A program made the translations under genes and the position numbers. A stretch of DNA of 64,000 nucleotides from Lama glama (lineage: Eukaryota). Positions within the stretch are counted from its first letter, which is position 1. Each line of letters opens with the position of its first letter. Below, one piece after another: positions 13,020 to 25,125 of this stretch. The DNA lies in NCBI GenBank assembly GCA_028534125.1, contig CM052816.1:67954001-68018000 (forward strand), written 5' to 3'. The notes under the pieces were generated by a model. The model had not been told where the DNA came from and did no database searches. It saw only the letters and a list, made by a program, of their open reading frames with translations.

Positions 13020-13625
13020 TCACAAAATTTAGCAAGATCATATCTCAGCCATGTTCAAACAATTTCCCATCCTCCTAGAATGAAATGTAAAGTCCTTACC
13101 AGAGTCATATGTGATTAGCTACTTGTCTTTCTCTCTGATATCATCTTTTATTATTTTCCCCCTTACTTCTTGTACTCCAGCCACACTGGTTGCCATGCTG
13201 CTCCTCTTGCATGCCAAGCATGTTCCTACCTTCTACTTTTGCACTTTCTATTTCTACTACCATTCTGTTCCTGGGCCATTTTTTTCCTATATGTCCATGT
13301 GGCTTGCACATATCATTAAGACTTGGCTCAAATGTCATTTCTTGAGACAGAGTTTCTCTGATAACCCTAACTATAGTAATTCTCCATCCCTTTAGCTTGC
13401 TTTATTTTTCTGCATGCTGCTTACCATGGCCTGATGTTAAACAATGCATTTACTTACTTGTCCTTCATCTTTTTCCCTCATTAGAATGTAAGCTCCATGA
13501 AAAAAATGACTTTATCTGTCTTTTGTGTTGCTGTAGCCTCAGCACCTAGAACAGTGCCTGACACATAGTAGGTGCTCAGTAAATATTTGCTGAGTGGATG
13601 GATGAATAAGTGAATGGATAGATGA
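13020..13625 (+). mobile_element. L2 3' portion
   Basis: 'ttagaatgtaagctccatga...agcacctagaacagtgcctgacacatagtaggtgctcagtaaatatttgctgagtggatggatgaa' is a canonical L2 3' end. Confidence 0.9.
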
Positions 13626-15394
13626 AAGAGTCTAGATTCCCCTTGAAGAAAAGTACAGGGTGCAGATCAGAGAGATCTTGGCCATAGGAAGAGAAAACCA
13701 AGAGGACATGCCTTTGCAGCCTTGTCCCTCAGCCACAGAGGCAGAAATGATCATTTGCTGGCTCTGAGAACTTCCTGGCCAGCAGGGCAAGGGATCCAGG
13801 GAGCAGATCATTGCATAGAACTTTGCTGTCTATAAAGTGGCATTGAATGTGCTCTACATAATCTAAAGATGAAACATCAGTTTTCACACTACGATTTGTC
13901 AGAGACATGAGACCTGAGCGGAAAGATTGCCAGGTCCCACTATATTTACGCCGAGGTCAGTGCAAGGAAAGATTGGGAGTAATGAATTTAGATGTCCAAA
14001 CTCTTTTTTTTTGGAAGGGTAGTTTTTCTCTTGTCATCAAGTTAGAACTTTCTGAGCCATGCAGAATTCCTTGCTTAAGCCTGGCTGCTCTTCGTTGGCA
14101 CCACAAAGCTCCTGGGAGTCTGCCTGTTGCTCATTTACAGGAAAGAACCTGGGCTATTCTTTCTATTCATTGCACACCAGCTGCCCTCTCTGGACTTGGG
14201 TTCCCCTGGAAGCCCTCTGCACAGCCCCAATCAGCTTTCCATGGTTGGAAGTCCTGTTTACTGCTCACTTGCATTTACTGTTTACAATAAATAGACTAGG
14301 GCCCTCAGGGTCAGTCATGCTCCATTAGCTATGTGATTTGACACAAGGATGGATGAGACTGGTTGGATAGCATGGAGTTGGGTAACAGGAGATAATGCAC
14401 CCCTTCCCCTCCCCTGAGATGCAATTTCAGATGTTCCCACAGTATGTTTTCATTGTACAGTAGATGCAAGAGCTCCAGCTAGTGTGAGAACCAAGCTTGG
14501 ATAAGAAAAACACGGTGATGGCACTGTTCCTGCAGGGCTCCCATGCTATTTTCTCAGCATTAAGAAAACCCAACAGTGTCTAAACCACTGACCTCGTGGT
14601 GTGTTGGTAGGTTTGCACAATTCCCGAGGGTCATGTTAGCATATGCATTTCAAGGGGGAGATCAAGCTGACTTTGGAAAAAGCAAGACTTGAGTACATTT
14701 AAGACTTGACTTTCGTGTACATTCTCCCTGAGCCAGAGAACAGTTGCTGAAGTCTCCCCCGGCACACTTAGACATAAATGCCTGGGTCACAATGATGCAG
14801 CGATGGAAAGCAGCTAAACTCACAGTAGCACTTAGAAGCTTTTTTTTTTTTTTAATACAATCATTGGACCCTTTTGTGGCTATTCCAGAATATGTTTGTT
14901 AGAAATACCCCTGGACTCTTCACTGTCTTGCATCAGCCACTTTATTGCTTTGGAAAATATTAGTGAGAGTTGCTCAGTTGCCTGTCGGTAGAGAGCAATC
15001 ATTCCTCATCAGCTGGGGTGGAGTTCCCTGGTGGCCTTTTTTTTTCTGTCCACACAATATTCCCACATCTCTCATCTCATGTTGTAATCTCTCTGGTTAC
15101 ATTAAGCCTGCAGACTTTTCTTAAGTTCTTGCTTATAAAGACAGTATTTAGAAATTGTTTATGAAGTTATTTTTAGTGGGAAGTCATGCAGTGAGCTCCA
15201 ATTGTCACCTTTCCAAAATTCCAGGAGGCTCGAAGGGCATTCTGCTAAAATTCTAGGGACCAAAGCTAGGGCAACTCTTTTTGGGGTGTTAGCACTACCC
15301 TTGGCCCTGCCACTGAGCCTGTTGGCTGCCACCAAGACCACTGAGTAAGACTCCTCCACTCTAAGCCACTTAATTGGTTGATGAGCTGGATCAA

Positions 15395-15512
15395 GGAGTA
15401 AATGTTGTATGAGGCAGGAACCCTATCTGCTTTGATCAATGTTGAATACCCAGTGCTTAGCATAGTGGTTGCCATATAGTAGATGCTCAATAATTTTTAT
15501 TGAGTGAATGAG
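15395..15512 (+). mobile_element. L2 3' end
   Basis: 'ccagtgcttagcatagtggttgccatatagtagatgctcaataatttttattgagtgaatga'. Confidence 0.8.
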
Positions 15513-15679
15513 TAGTGCTATCAATGAATTGCCCATTTTTACTACTTATGAATTTGATATCATCAGTAGCTATTGCTCTTGCTATATGTGTATGTTTGTT
15601 TTTTCTCTTGGTTACAAGGATGTGATTTTTTAGTATTGTCTTCAGGGGTAAACAATATAGTGGTTAAAATACAAGCTCT

Positions 15680-15859
15680 ACTAATCTATGGTGTTAGAAA
15701 TCTGCTGGGGTTGGGTGAGCAGTGACTGGTTGGATCCATAATAATGGTAATTTTCTGGAAATGACCTGGGTTTGTTTGCTTTGTGAAAATTCAAGCACAC
15801 ACTTTTGATTTGAGCACTTTTCAGTATGTGTGTTATTCTTCATTAAGAAGTTTGTTTTC
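15680..15859 (+). mobile_element. Old L1 (L1ME-like) 3' end inserted in a MIR (MIR halves at ~15650-15680 and ~17235-17410)
   Basis: 'ctaatctatggtgttagaaatc...ctttgtgaaaattcaagc...tatgtgtgttattcttcattaa'. The MIR head 'aatatagtggttaaaatacaagctct' resumes as 'cctggctc...aagttacttaac...ttcatttgtaaa'. Confidence 0.65.
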
Positions 15860-16156
15860 ATGGGAATGTAGTTTGGTACAGCCATTATGGAAAACAGTAT
15901 GAAGATTCCTTAAAACACTGAAAACAGACTTACTATATAATCCAGCAATCCAACTTCTGGGCATATATCCAGAGGAAACTCTAATTCAAAAAGATACATA
16001 CACCCCAATGCTCGTAGCAGCACTGTTTACAATAGCCAAGACATGGAAACAGTCTAAATGTCCATCAAAAAATGACTGGATAAAGAAATTGTGGTATATT
16101 TATACAATGGAATATTATTCAGCTATAAAAAATAATTAAATAATGCCATTTGCAGC

Positions 16157-16764
16157 CATCATTCAAAAGTCCACAAATGATAAATGCTGGAGAGGCTGTG
16201 GAGAAAAGGGAACCCTCCTACGCTGCTGGTGGGAATGCAGTTTGGTGCAGCCACTGTGAAAAACAGTATGGAGATTCCTCAAAAGGCTAGGAATAGACTT
16301 ACCATATGACCCAGGAATCCCACTCCTAGGCATATATCCAGAAGGAACCCTACTTCAAAAAGACACCTGCACCCCAATGTTCATAGCAGCAGTATTTACA
16401 GTAGCCAAGACATGGAAACAGCGTCAATGTCCATCAGCAGATGACTGGATAAAGAAGATGTGATATATTTATACAAAGGAATACTATTCAGCCATAAAAA
16501 GACAACATAATGCCATTTGCAGCAACATGGATGTTCCTGGAGAATGTCATTCTAAGTGAAGTAAGCCAGAAAGAGAGAGGAAAATACCATATGAGATTGC
16601 TCATATGTGGAATCTAANNNNNNNNNNNNNNNNNNNNNNNNNNNNNNNNNNNNNNNNNNNNNNNNNNNNNNNNNNNNNNNNNNNNNNNNNNNNNNNNNNN
16701 NNNNNNNNNNNNNNNNNAACTTAAAAATAAATAAATAAATCTCAATTCCCTAAAAAAAAAAAAT
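16157..16764 (+). mobile_element. Younger L1 fragment nested in the 15860-17193 L1 (contains the 100-N gap)
   Basis: Repeats the ORF2-end sequence with diagnostic differences. TSD aataatgccatttgcagc (16139-16156) / aataatgccatttgtagc (16765-16782). Confidence 0.8.
16618..16717. other. Assembly gap (100 N)
   Basis: Run of N. Confidence 1.
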
Positions 16765-17716
16765 AATAATGCCATTTGTAGCAACATGAATGGACCTGGA
16801 GATCGTCATACTAAGTGAAGGAAGCCAGAAAGATAAAGAAAAATACCATATGATATCACTTATAACTGGAATCTAAAAACAGACACAAATGAACTTACTT
16901 ACAAAACAGAGACAGACTCACAGACATAGAAAACAAACTTAGAGTTACCAGGGGGTAAGGAGGGATAAATTGGGAATTTGGGATTTGTAGATACTAACTA
17001 CTATATATAAAACAGATAAACAATGTCCTACTGTATAGCATAGGGAACTATATTCAATACCTTATAATGGCCTATAATAAAAAACAAAATGTAAAGGAAT
17101 TATATATATGTATATATATATGAATTAATGAGTATGCTGTACACCAGAAATTAATGCAACATTGTAAACTGACTGTATGTCAGTTAAAAAAAAAAGAGGT
17201 TTGTTTTCTTTTTTACAAAGATAGACATTAATTGTCTAAGTTTATATCCTGGCTCATCCATTCATTTTTCAGCTGGATAGCCTGGGATAAGTTACTTAAC
17301 ATTTCTGTCTTACTTTCTTCATTTGTAAATCAGGAATGATAATCATAATCATAATCATAAAAAATAATAAATGAGTTAATCCATAGTACTCAGTAAATGT
17401 CAATTATTGGCTATTGTTTTTCAGGAAGTGAGATATTTCAAACCTGGTACAATCAAAGACTTGGAAAATATCACTGGGGGTCATTAGAGTACTCTGCTCC
17501 CTCCAGGCCGAACCACTTCTAATTTGTCAAGGTCTATGTACTTCTTAATGATCTCTTTTCATGTATTTGCTTTTAGTCACCTTCCAAAGTAAACAGACTT
17601 TTCTAAAGAATGAATACGCTTTATGTAATAATACTTGTTTTCCACATTTTTTACCTAGAGAAGCTCTATGAATCACAGAATAGTAGAACCAGAAAAGGTC
17701 TTAGAAAATATTCTAC

Positions 17717-17918
17717 CTTTGCTGTCCAATATGTGGTTATGTAAATTTAAATATAAATTAATTGGAAATAAATACAATGAAAATTTAAAACGCTGATCCT
17801 CAGTTGCAGTGACTACACCTTAAGAGGCTACACATGTGGCCTCTTAGAGGCTACCATACCTGATGGTGCAGATATAGAACATTTCCATCATAGCAGTATG
17901 TTCTTTTGGACAACACTG
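17717..17918 (-). mobile_element. MER3-like hAT-Charlie MITE inserted in a MIR-family relic (~17670-18040)
   Basis: TIR-like ends 'gctgtccaata' ... 'ttggacaacactg', with internal 'gcagatatagaacatttccatcatagcag'. Confidence 0.8.
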
Positions 17919-20900
17919 CTAGATCAATTTTCTTATTATATTTTTGAAAGCACTAAAGTCTAGAGAGGTAAACTGATTATACCAAAGTTACACAGCTAGT
18001 TAAAGACAGGACTATACTATGGTTTAGATTTCTTGATCTCTGTGTCATGGTATTTATATTTCTATTTGGCTACAAAGACACCTGCAGATTCACAGGGCTT
18101 CCCCTCTGGTGATTAGTTTGTAGGCGGTATACCATACCTATTATTTCTGGGGACATGATTTTGGTGACTCCAGATATCTGCACTAATACCATATCCCTGA
18201 GTTTGGAAAAATACTATCTCTATTTTATTAATTGAGAAAAATTTCCATTCGAGAGTCTTTCCTTCTAAGAATCAGTGGGGCATACACTCACACATAAAGG
18301 GTAGCAAGTTGTAGTTAGTTAATAATCATCAATATTTACTGAACATTTATTATGCACCAGCCATTTCCTCTAAATGCTTTAATTCAATTAAAGAATGTAA
18401 ATGAAAGATTATGTGGTATGCCCAAGGTCACAGATAGGCTTGAGATTTGACTCCCAGTCTGGCCTATAGCCCCTGCCCTTACCCACTACACAATTCTGCA
18501 CTTACTGAGCAGCTGTCCAGTGTAGAGCATTATATAAAGCCTTGGTGAAAACTGAGGCATGATGGCAATGTCCAAGCTCTCAAGAAATCAATAATCTGAT
18601 TATGGGCTGGGAGTGGAGGAAGAGAGGAGCATATCCCTGCATGTGATTTATGTATACTTTCTTGTATTTATAGTCACACAAATACTTACGGACTTGGCTT
18701 TCTGCGTCTCTAAATCCACTCCCTTTTTCTTCCTTTTTGTGAAAAAACAAAACCCCAAAAGCAAACATCTTCCACGATAAATGCCCTTCAAACAGTTGAT
18801 GATTGTTCCCAGGCAGTTCACCTTTACTTAGGTCTTCTCTCAGGGACTCCCATTCATCTGGATGTGCTCCTGAGAATCCATCTTGTTGACTTGCCAGAGC
18901 TGTGGGTGAATGAGAGAAGGGGAACAGAGAGATCACTTAATGCTTTGATTGTAGTTTAAGCTCTCTAACGGGTGTATCTGTGAAGGCCCTTGAGTTAAGT
19001 ATGTTTGTGACAAGAAGGATTTTTGCACAAATTCACTGAACATAAATAGAGGATTTTTTTAAAGGTAGATTTAGCAGTTGGTTTCATGGTTTGGCAGCAG
19101 TCATTTTCAATTTCTAAAAAATATCCTTGCCCATACTTGCTAGTGAAACCACATTGGCACCCAGCTAGCAACAGCAGTGTTTAAACATGCTGTAGCTGGT
19201 ACCCCTGAAACAAAAACAGAAAGGGCTTTAGCCTCTCAAAGCCGCCTGACTGTGCTGTGCAGGGTATCTTCCAAGATTTCAAATAGATAAATGAATAACG
19301 TATACCAAGTTGCAATTACTGCTGTGAATTGGTCCAATCATATGATGCTATTATTGAGTTTCTAGTAGAATATGACTATTATTCACATTCCATCTACTTT
19401 GAGATTTGAATTTGAATTGTTTGTGATAACGTCTTCTGCATTTGGTAAAAAAAGCCTCAGCCAAGGTTACTGATAAATCTTAGAAGGTATTCTGGGTCAT
19501 GGATGAGTAGAGCAAGAGCTTCTGAAGAAGCTACTTCCCTCGACCTGCAGCTCCAGGGGATATCAAAAGGTTAAACTGATTGTTTGACATAGGTTGTTCT
19601 TTCTCTTCTCTTCTTTTTTTAGGCTGGAAGGTAAATCTTGCTGGGTATTATAAAGAAACTCAGGATTAGAGTAGAGGCTTTAATAAGTGACCTCCTCTTA
19701 ACCAGCTCATCAGCTCACCTGACACTCACCACTCCCTCTATACAGGATACTGTCTCCTACCTTTTAGAAGCTAGAAGGCTGCTCTCTGGTGTGCTCAGTA
19801 CTTCTGCTTCCACTGAGATTTAATTACTTGATCCTGATTGTGCTAAATAAGAGATCCTCAGCTGTTCTTTTATAAGTTCATAATCCTTTTTTTTCTTACT
19901 CCATTTCATTTGCTATGTCAAGGAGAATTCTGTTGGGCCTAGAAAGTGGTACTGACCTAGTAAGGCCCCAAGCTACCAGGAGAAGCCAGACAGGCATTAC
20001 CCAAGCAGTGTGGTTAAGGAAGAATCAGCCTAATTGTCAGGCTGAGCCAGTGTTATAGCCAGGAAGATAGCCCTGGGCATCAGCTCTAAAGGAGAGACAG
20101 AGGATACAAGTAAGAGCATGGGTAGAAAAGATGATGTTTGCAAGAATCCAGAGACAATGGAATGAGTACCAAAACTGGGTCAGGGCATGTGATCTGGAAC
20201 TAAGCTTATAACTGGAGTGTCTGAGTTGAACGCCATTTGCAGGGGATGTTCCACATGTGAAAGGCTGAGCAGTGTGAACTAGCACATTGGCCTCAAGGAC
20301 CCATATTAGGATGCCATTTAGGGTGTGCTTGTTGGGTTGTCTCCAGTATGCATGTAGGTTGGCCTGAAGCAGCAAGGTGATGGTTTGGTGTTGTGTCCAC
20401 TGTTTTGGGGTTTAGGCCACAGAAAGTGCCATGGTAGGGGTACAGGGTTTAGTCCTACAGATGTTCAGAGGAGAGGGAATCTTCATGAACTTGGAGAATA
20501 GGAGTCACTGTTTCCAGGAAAGGAAATAGAGGACAGGAAGAATGATGATATAGAGATAAAGGAACCAAAGTTTGGTCCTTCACCTTTGTTAAGGTTTGGA
20601 CTTCATAATAAATAGGAAGCCAAACACATAAATGAGAAATTGTCCCAGAAAGAAAATCTGCCCAAGGATATTGAAAAGAATTGAGTTAAAATCCCATAGG
20701 TGAGTTCCAGAGAGATAGGAGAGCCAGGAATGCTTCAGAATAGAGCATCAAGCAGGGGTCAGAAGGAGTCCAATCCAAAGATACTCCCTTCCTCTTGAGC
20801 CTCCCCAGGTGAGGTGGGGGCAATTAAAAAATTGGAATCGCAAGATAATTACAGCTTCTGTATAATTAAAATTTTTGTGGTAGGTATTTGGTTGGCTGTA

Positions 20901-23900
20901 TTTGTTCCATGATTTTGTGATGCCTCATGGGTCTAAAATAGGAGGCTATGCTAGAAAAAATCACTATTTCTTAGAACTAAGTAGCTAGTGAATGTATGGA
21001 AGAAAGGAGAGGCATCAGTATAAGTCCAGTATCCCCTTCTGATCAAATTCTTCACTAGCCACTAGCAAATAATTCTCATTTGTGTTTCTCTAGCTAAAGT
21101 TAAATACTAAATAATAAAGATATCTAATAGAGATTAGATAATAAAGCTTTATCAAAATCACTAATTTCTTAAGTAAATAGTAGAGTGTGAATTTCTATTT
21201 ACATCTGAGTTCTACTTTTTAACTTGTAACCCAGTTCTCTGCATATGAGAAGAGTTAGGTTGAAATTTTACTAATGACAATTTCATACTAAGGACTTAGG
21301 CTCAAACAATGCTTTTACCCTACTGATACATGTAAAAAGACATAATTTAAATCAATGATTAGCTTTTTCAATAGAAATAGAAACAAAATTTTTAAATTTT
21401 TATTTTGTTAACTGTTCTTTGCCTTGGGTGCTAATGAGTTCTAATGGTTTTACTATAGAAAATATTAAAAACTCACTTTAGATTTACCCTTTAAAAATAT
21501 AATTAAAATATTTTGAAGACCTGTGTCTGCAGATGATTCTGGCCATCCACTGTTAGTCTGTTATCAGCCATGTTGTTTTGCAAACTGTGTGTTTCTATTT
21601 GCTTATCATCTTATCTCGTAATATCCTACCAACGGGTAACCTGTAGGGACTGTTAAGAATATATGTTTTACCTTCCAGTCCTTGATTGGGATGATGGAAT
21701 TCTTCTAGGAGAGAGAACCATAAAATAAAGCACCTATTTCTCTCAAGAGAATAGAAAGCAAGCCTTTTGGCTTGCAAGTGTGACTCATTATAGAAAAGAG
21801 CAGTTAATTGGAGTGAGAGTAGGAGAAACTGGAAAGACCAAACAGGAGGAATGGACATGCTTTCCTTGCCCAGATGAAGGCTATGATGTGGAAGAGTGGT
21901 AGAGATGTAGGTGAGGAAAGAGGGCACTGAATGAGGTCCTCAGCTGGAAATGAAACTCAGAAATAAAGCAGTTGCAGAGGCTGAGGCTGATGCTGGTGCT
22001 AGTGCCTTGGCAGGGTATGGAAATCCTTGGCCCTGTCTGATGTTGAGTGAAACTCAGGCAAGGGTGACTTTTTGTAACTTTTGTAGGCACATAACAGGCT
22101 TAATGCTTACTCATTGGGTTTTCTGGTCATTAAACTTCCTTCTATATTTCTATGTTAGTTCCTGGGCTGACTGGGTATGCAGTGCTTTGGTGGATGAAGC
22201 TCCACCCATGGTTCTGAGAGAGGAGGGAGTGGTTTCATCTCCTGAGGCTTGATGGCTTTCTGGGAACTGGGTTTCATCAAATACTCCACTAATTTCTTCT
22301 GAGTCTTTCACATGACCTTTCCGAGGGCATGATTTTAACTAAACATGAGACTAAAGCTAATTGGGCTGTTTTAAAGTAATTACTCTATAGTATCACTAAG
22401 GTTTATCTGGCCATTATGTCATTCATACAGCATGGCCAGTGAGCGGCTGCTCACAGCTCTGAGAAATGGAAGGGGACTGTGTCTTCACTGAGGCTACTTT
22501 ATGAGCTCAGACCACCCAGACATTCAAGCACACAGAGAATTAAAATATTTAGGGCAGATTTTGACATAGTGAACCATGTTCAAGCATCACAATCTTACTT
22601 GTGTTTATACTGACCAAAGACCTCTTTTTTCCCTCAACTTTCCCCCTATTTCCTAAAATGCATCATTAAAATGACAGAAGTTGGCTTAGCTTGAAACCAG
22701 GGCTAGACCTTTAGAGTCTTTGATTTTGAATCAAAGTTGAATAAAGCATTTTTAACTTCCACTTTATATAAACATTATGTTTTGCCTCTGCTCAAATCAG
22801 ATTTTTCCTCCTTTTCAAAAGCCTTTGTGGACTAACTCTCACTACCCTTATCCATAAATAGTAAAGACATGGGTGTCTTAGATTGCCATGTCCTGTTGTA
22901 CTTGCTGATACAGGTTTATAAGGCTTCTTACACAAACTGAGATTTGTCTTATTAGAATGTAGTCTCCTCAAGGGATTGGAGTCTTTCCTTTCCTTTGTGT
23001 ACCCAAAAGTTATCCTAATGAGGAAGGAAGGGAAAGTGGGAGAAGAACAAGGCAGATGAGTATGATGCTCCAGGTCTTTGACAGCTTTTATTGCTCTTCT
23101 TCTGCTCCCTAGACAGATAAAGATCAGCTTTCCCTAGCTCCATCCCCTTCCACACTTTCCAAGACTAAAAACTGTCAAGGAACGGTGGGAGTCAGAGTTT
23201 CAAGATACGAGGGGTGTAGGTTGGTTAGAATAGCCTTCTGGTTTCTCCTCATTGACCCCAAACCTGGTTTTATTTTTTTTTTAAATGAAGACTCAGAAGT
23301 TGCTTTATAGATTTTGTAGACTAATTGCATCAGTAGAAAACTTCCCTGAAGGAAAAGTATTCAGACAAACTTGGAATCCCATCCTGGCTCCCTTTTCCAG
23401 ATAGGTATTGAGCAGTGAGAAGAAAAATGACTCAGCAGAAACCTTTGTCTTAGTCTTCTTGTCCTTGTCCTTCAATTGGTGATGATGGGACACATCCCCA
23501 TGCTTATTTAAAGGGATCTGTTGAGGATATATGTGAATATTTAGGTAAAGTAAGATCTTTTAGAACTTAGAAAGATATTATAAAAATATCATGAACACTG
23601 TAAGCGCAAAATATTCTCATGGTTGCAGAATATTAGTTTCCATAATGAGTACAAAAATATTTCACTGAATAAACTGGGTTGTTTTTATGTAGATGTCTAA
23701 GCATGGACAAAAAGGACTGCTATCTAAGAGTGTCAATTTCTTTCTTTTCTGTATTCCCACATCATTTCCCTAGTTACTGTCACTAGAGCCCTTAACACAC
23801 CTGTGTTTAGTTATGGTTACCAGTAAGTTATGGTTACCCGTGTAGTCCTATCTCACCTACATAATACTGAGAGCTGGAATCACATCTGCTCTGTCCTATA

Positions 23901-24299
23901 GTTTCAGTAGCAGGTAGTCTAGTCTAATATAAGCATGGTAGATGTGTATTAAGGTTTACTGAACTGAAGCAATAACTTCTCTGTTGATACTGTGGCTTGT
24001 TAGCTAAGGTAGACAGTATGGTTTGTTCCCGATGCCTGACAATCAGACTTGCTATTCTAGGCATGTTGATAATTATCATCACTGTATATGAAGAACAACC
24101 AATTCATTGATATCTTCTGTAATCCCCTGAGGATAGCTTCACTTGGACTCTGAAACTCAAGCACAGATTTTCCTTCACTCTAACATTTATGCATTCAGTA
24201 GGTGCAGAATCAAGAAGAAGCAATGGTTGTGACTCACCTTTTTGCATACTTTTATCATGTATTTGAGTTTACTCTTTTCTTTGACTTTTAAAATTAAAA

Positions 24300-24812
24300 C
24301 TTTTTATTCATAGGAGTATCACGCTCTAATGGTAGACTATTTAGAACACATAAAAATGTATAATGAAAATAAAGATGAAAGGAATTCTACCTGTAAATAT
24401 TGTTTAGTTTGTTCTTTCTTCAAGTCTCCTTCATGCACATGTAACATTTGGACAACACACACACGTATATGTATATATCTTTTGCACTCTACTCTTTTTA
24501 CTTAACATTTCATCATGAACATTTTTACATGTCATTAAAAATCTTAAAAACAGTACATTTAATGATGACCATTGAGTGCTTGTACCATAATTTATTGGCA
24601 TTTCCTTGTTAATGGACATTGAGAATTTGTCTAATTTTTGGCTGTCATAAATAATGCTGTCATGAAAAACTTTGTGTCTATAACTTTGTATTTTGCTTTA
24701 TTTCCTAAGGATGGATTCTCAGAAGTAGAATTGCTGAGTCAGGTTGCATGAATATTTTTAGGGCCCTTGATACATATTTCCAAATTGCTTCCAAAATGTT
24801 TGTGCCAGATTT
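24300..24812 (-). mobile_element. Ancient L1 (L1ME-like) 3' fragment
   Basis: 'ggatggattctcagaagtagaattgctgagtc...atttccaaattgcttcc'. Confidence 0.75.
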
Positions 24813-24993
24813 TATGGTACTACTATGGTAGAGGTTTTGAAAAATCACACTGGACTCTCATGAAATTGCATAGTGCAACTTCATATGCAAGAACTCTGTC
24901 CTGAATCCTTCCAATAAGGATCTGGTCCTAAAGCCTGTTTTGTTAGCTATTTAGTTAATTAATCATCTACTTTTTTCCTATCCATTATATTGA

Positions 24994-25125
24994 TTTTTGT
25001 TTATTTTTTTTTTGCTTTGGGGGGAAGGTAATTAGATTTATTTATTTATTTATTTAATTACTGGGTATTGAACCCAGGACCTCATTCATGCTGAGCACAC
25101 ACTCTACCACTGAGCTACACTCCCC
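24994..25125 (-). mobile_element. tRNA-derived SINE, Vic-1 type (camelid)
   Basis: The minus strand reads ggggagtgtagctcagtggtagag (A box)...ggtcctgggttcaatacccag (B box)...aataaataaatctaattaccttcccc plus an A tail. TSD ctatccattatattga (24978-24993) / ctatccattatgttga (25130-25145). Confidence 0.9.

Larger units (their letters stand above)
15860..17193 (+). mobile_element. 5'-truncated L1 (ORF2 end plus 3' UTR) with poly(A)
   Basis: TSD aagaagtttgttttc (15845-15859) / aagaggtttgttttc (17194-17208), a TT|AAGA endonuclease-type target, and 3' end 'acattgtaaactgactgtatgtcagttaaaaaaaaaa'. Confidence 0.92.

Noticed and set aside
15860..16900. Apparent tandem duplication or misassembly of ~300 bp
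   Set aside because: The copies are diverged and bounded by an 18-bp TSD, so nested L1 insertion explains them better.
25060..25125. tRNA-like sequence (also 30075-30143)
   Set aside because: These are SINE heads with SINE tails (and a TSD for the first copy), not tRNA genes.
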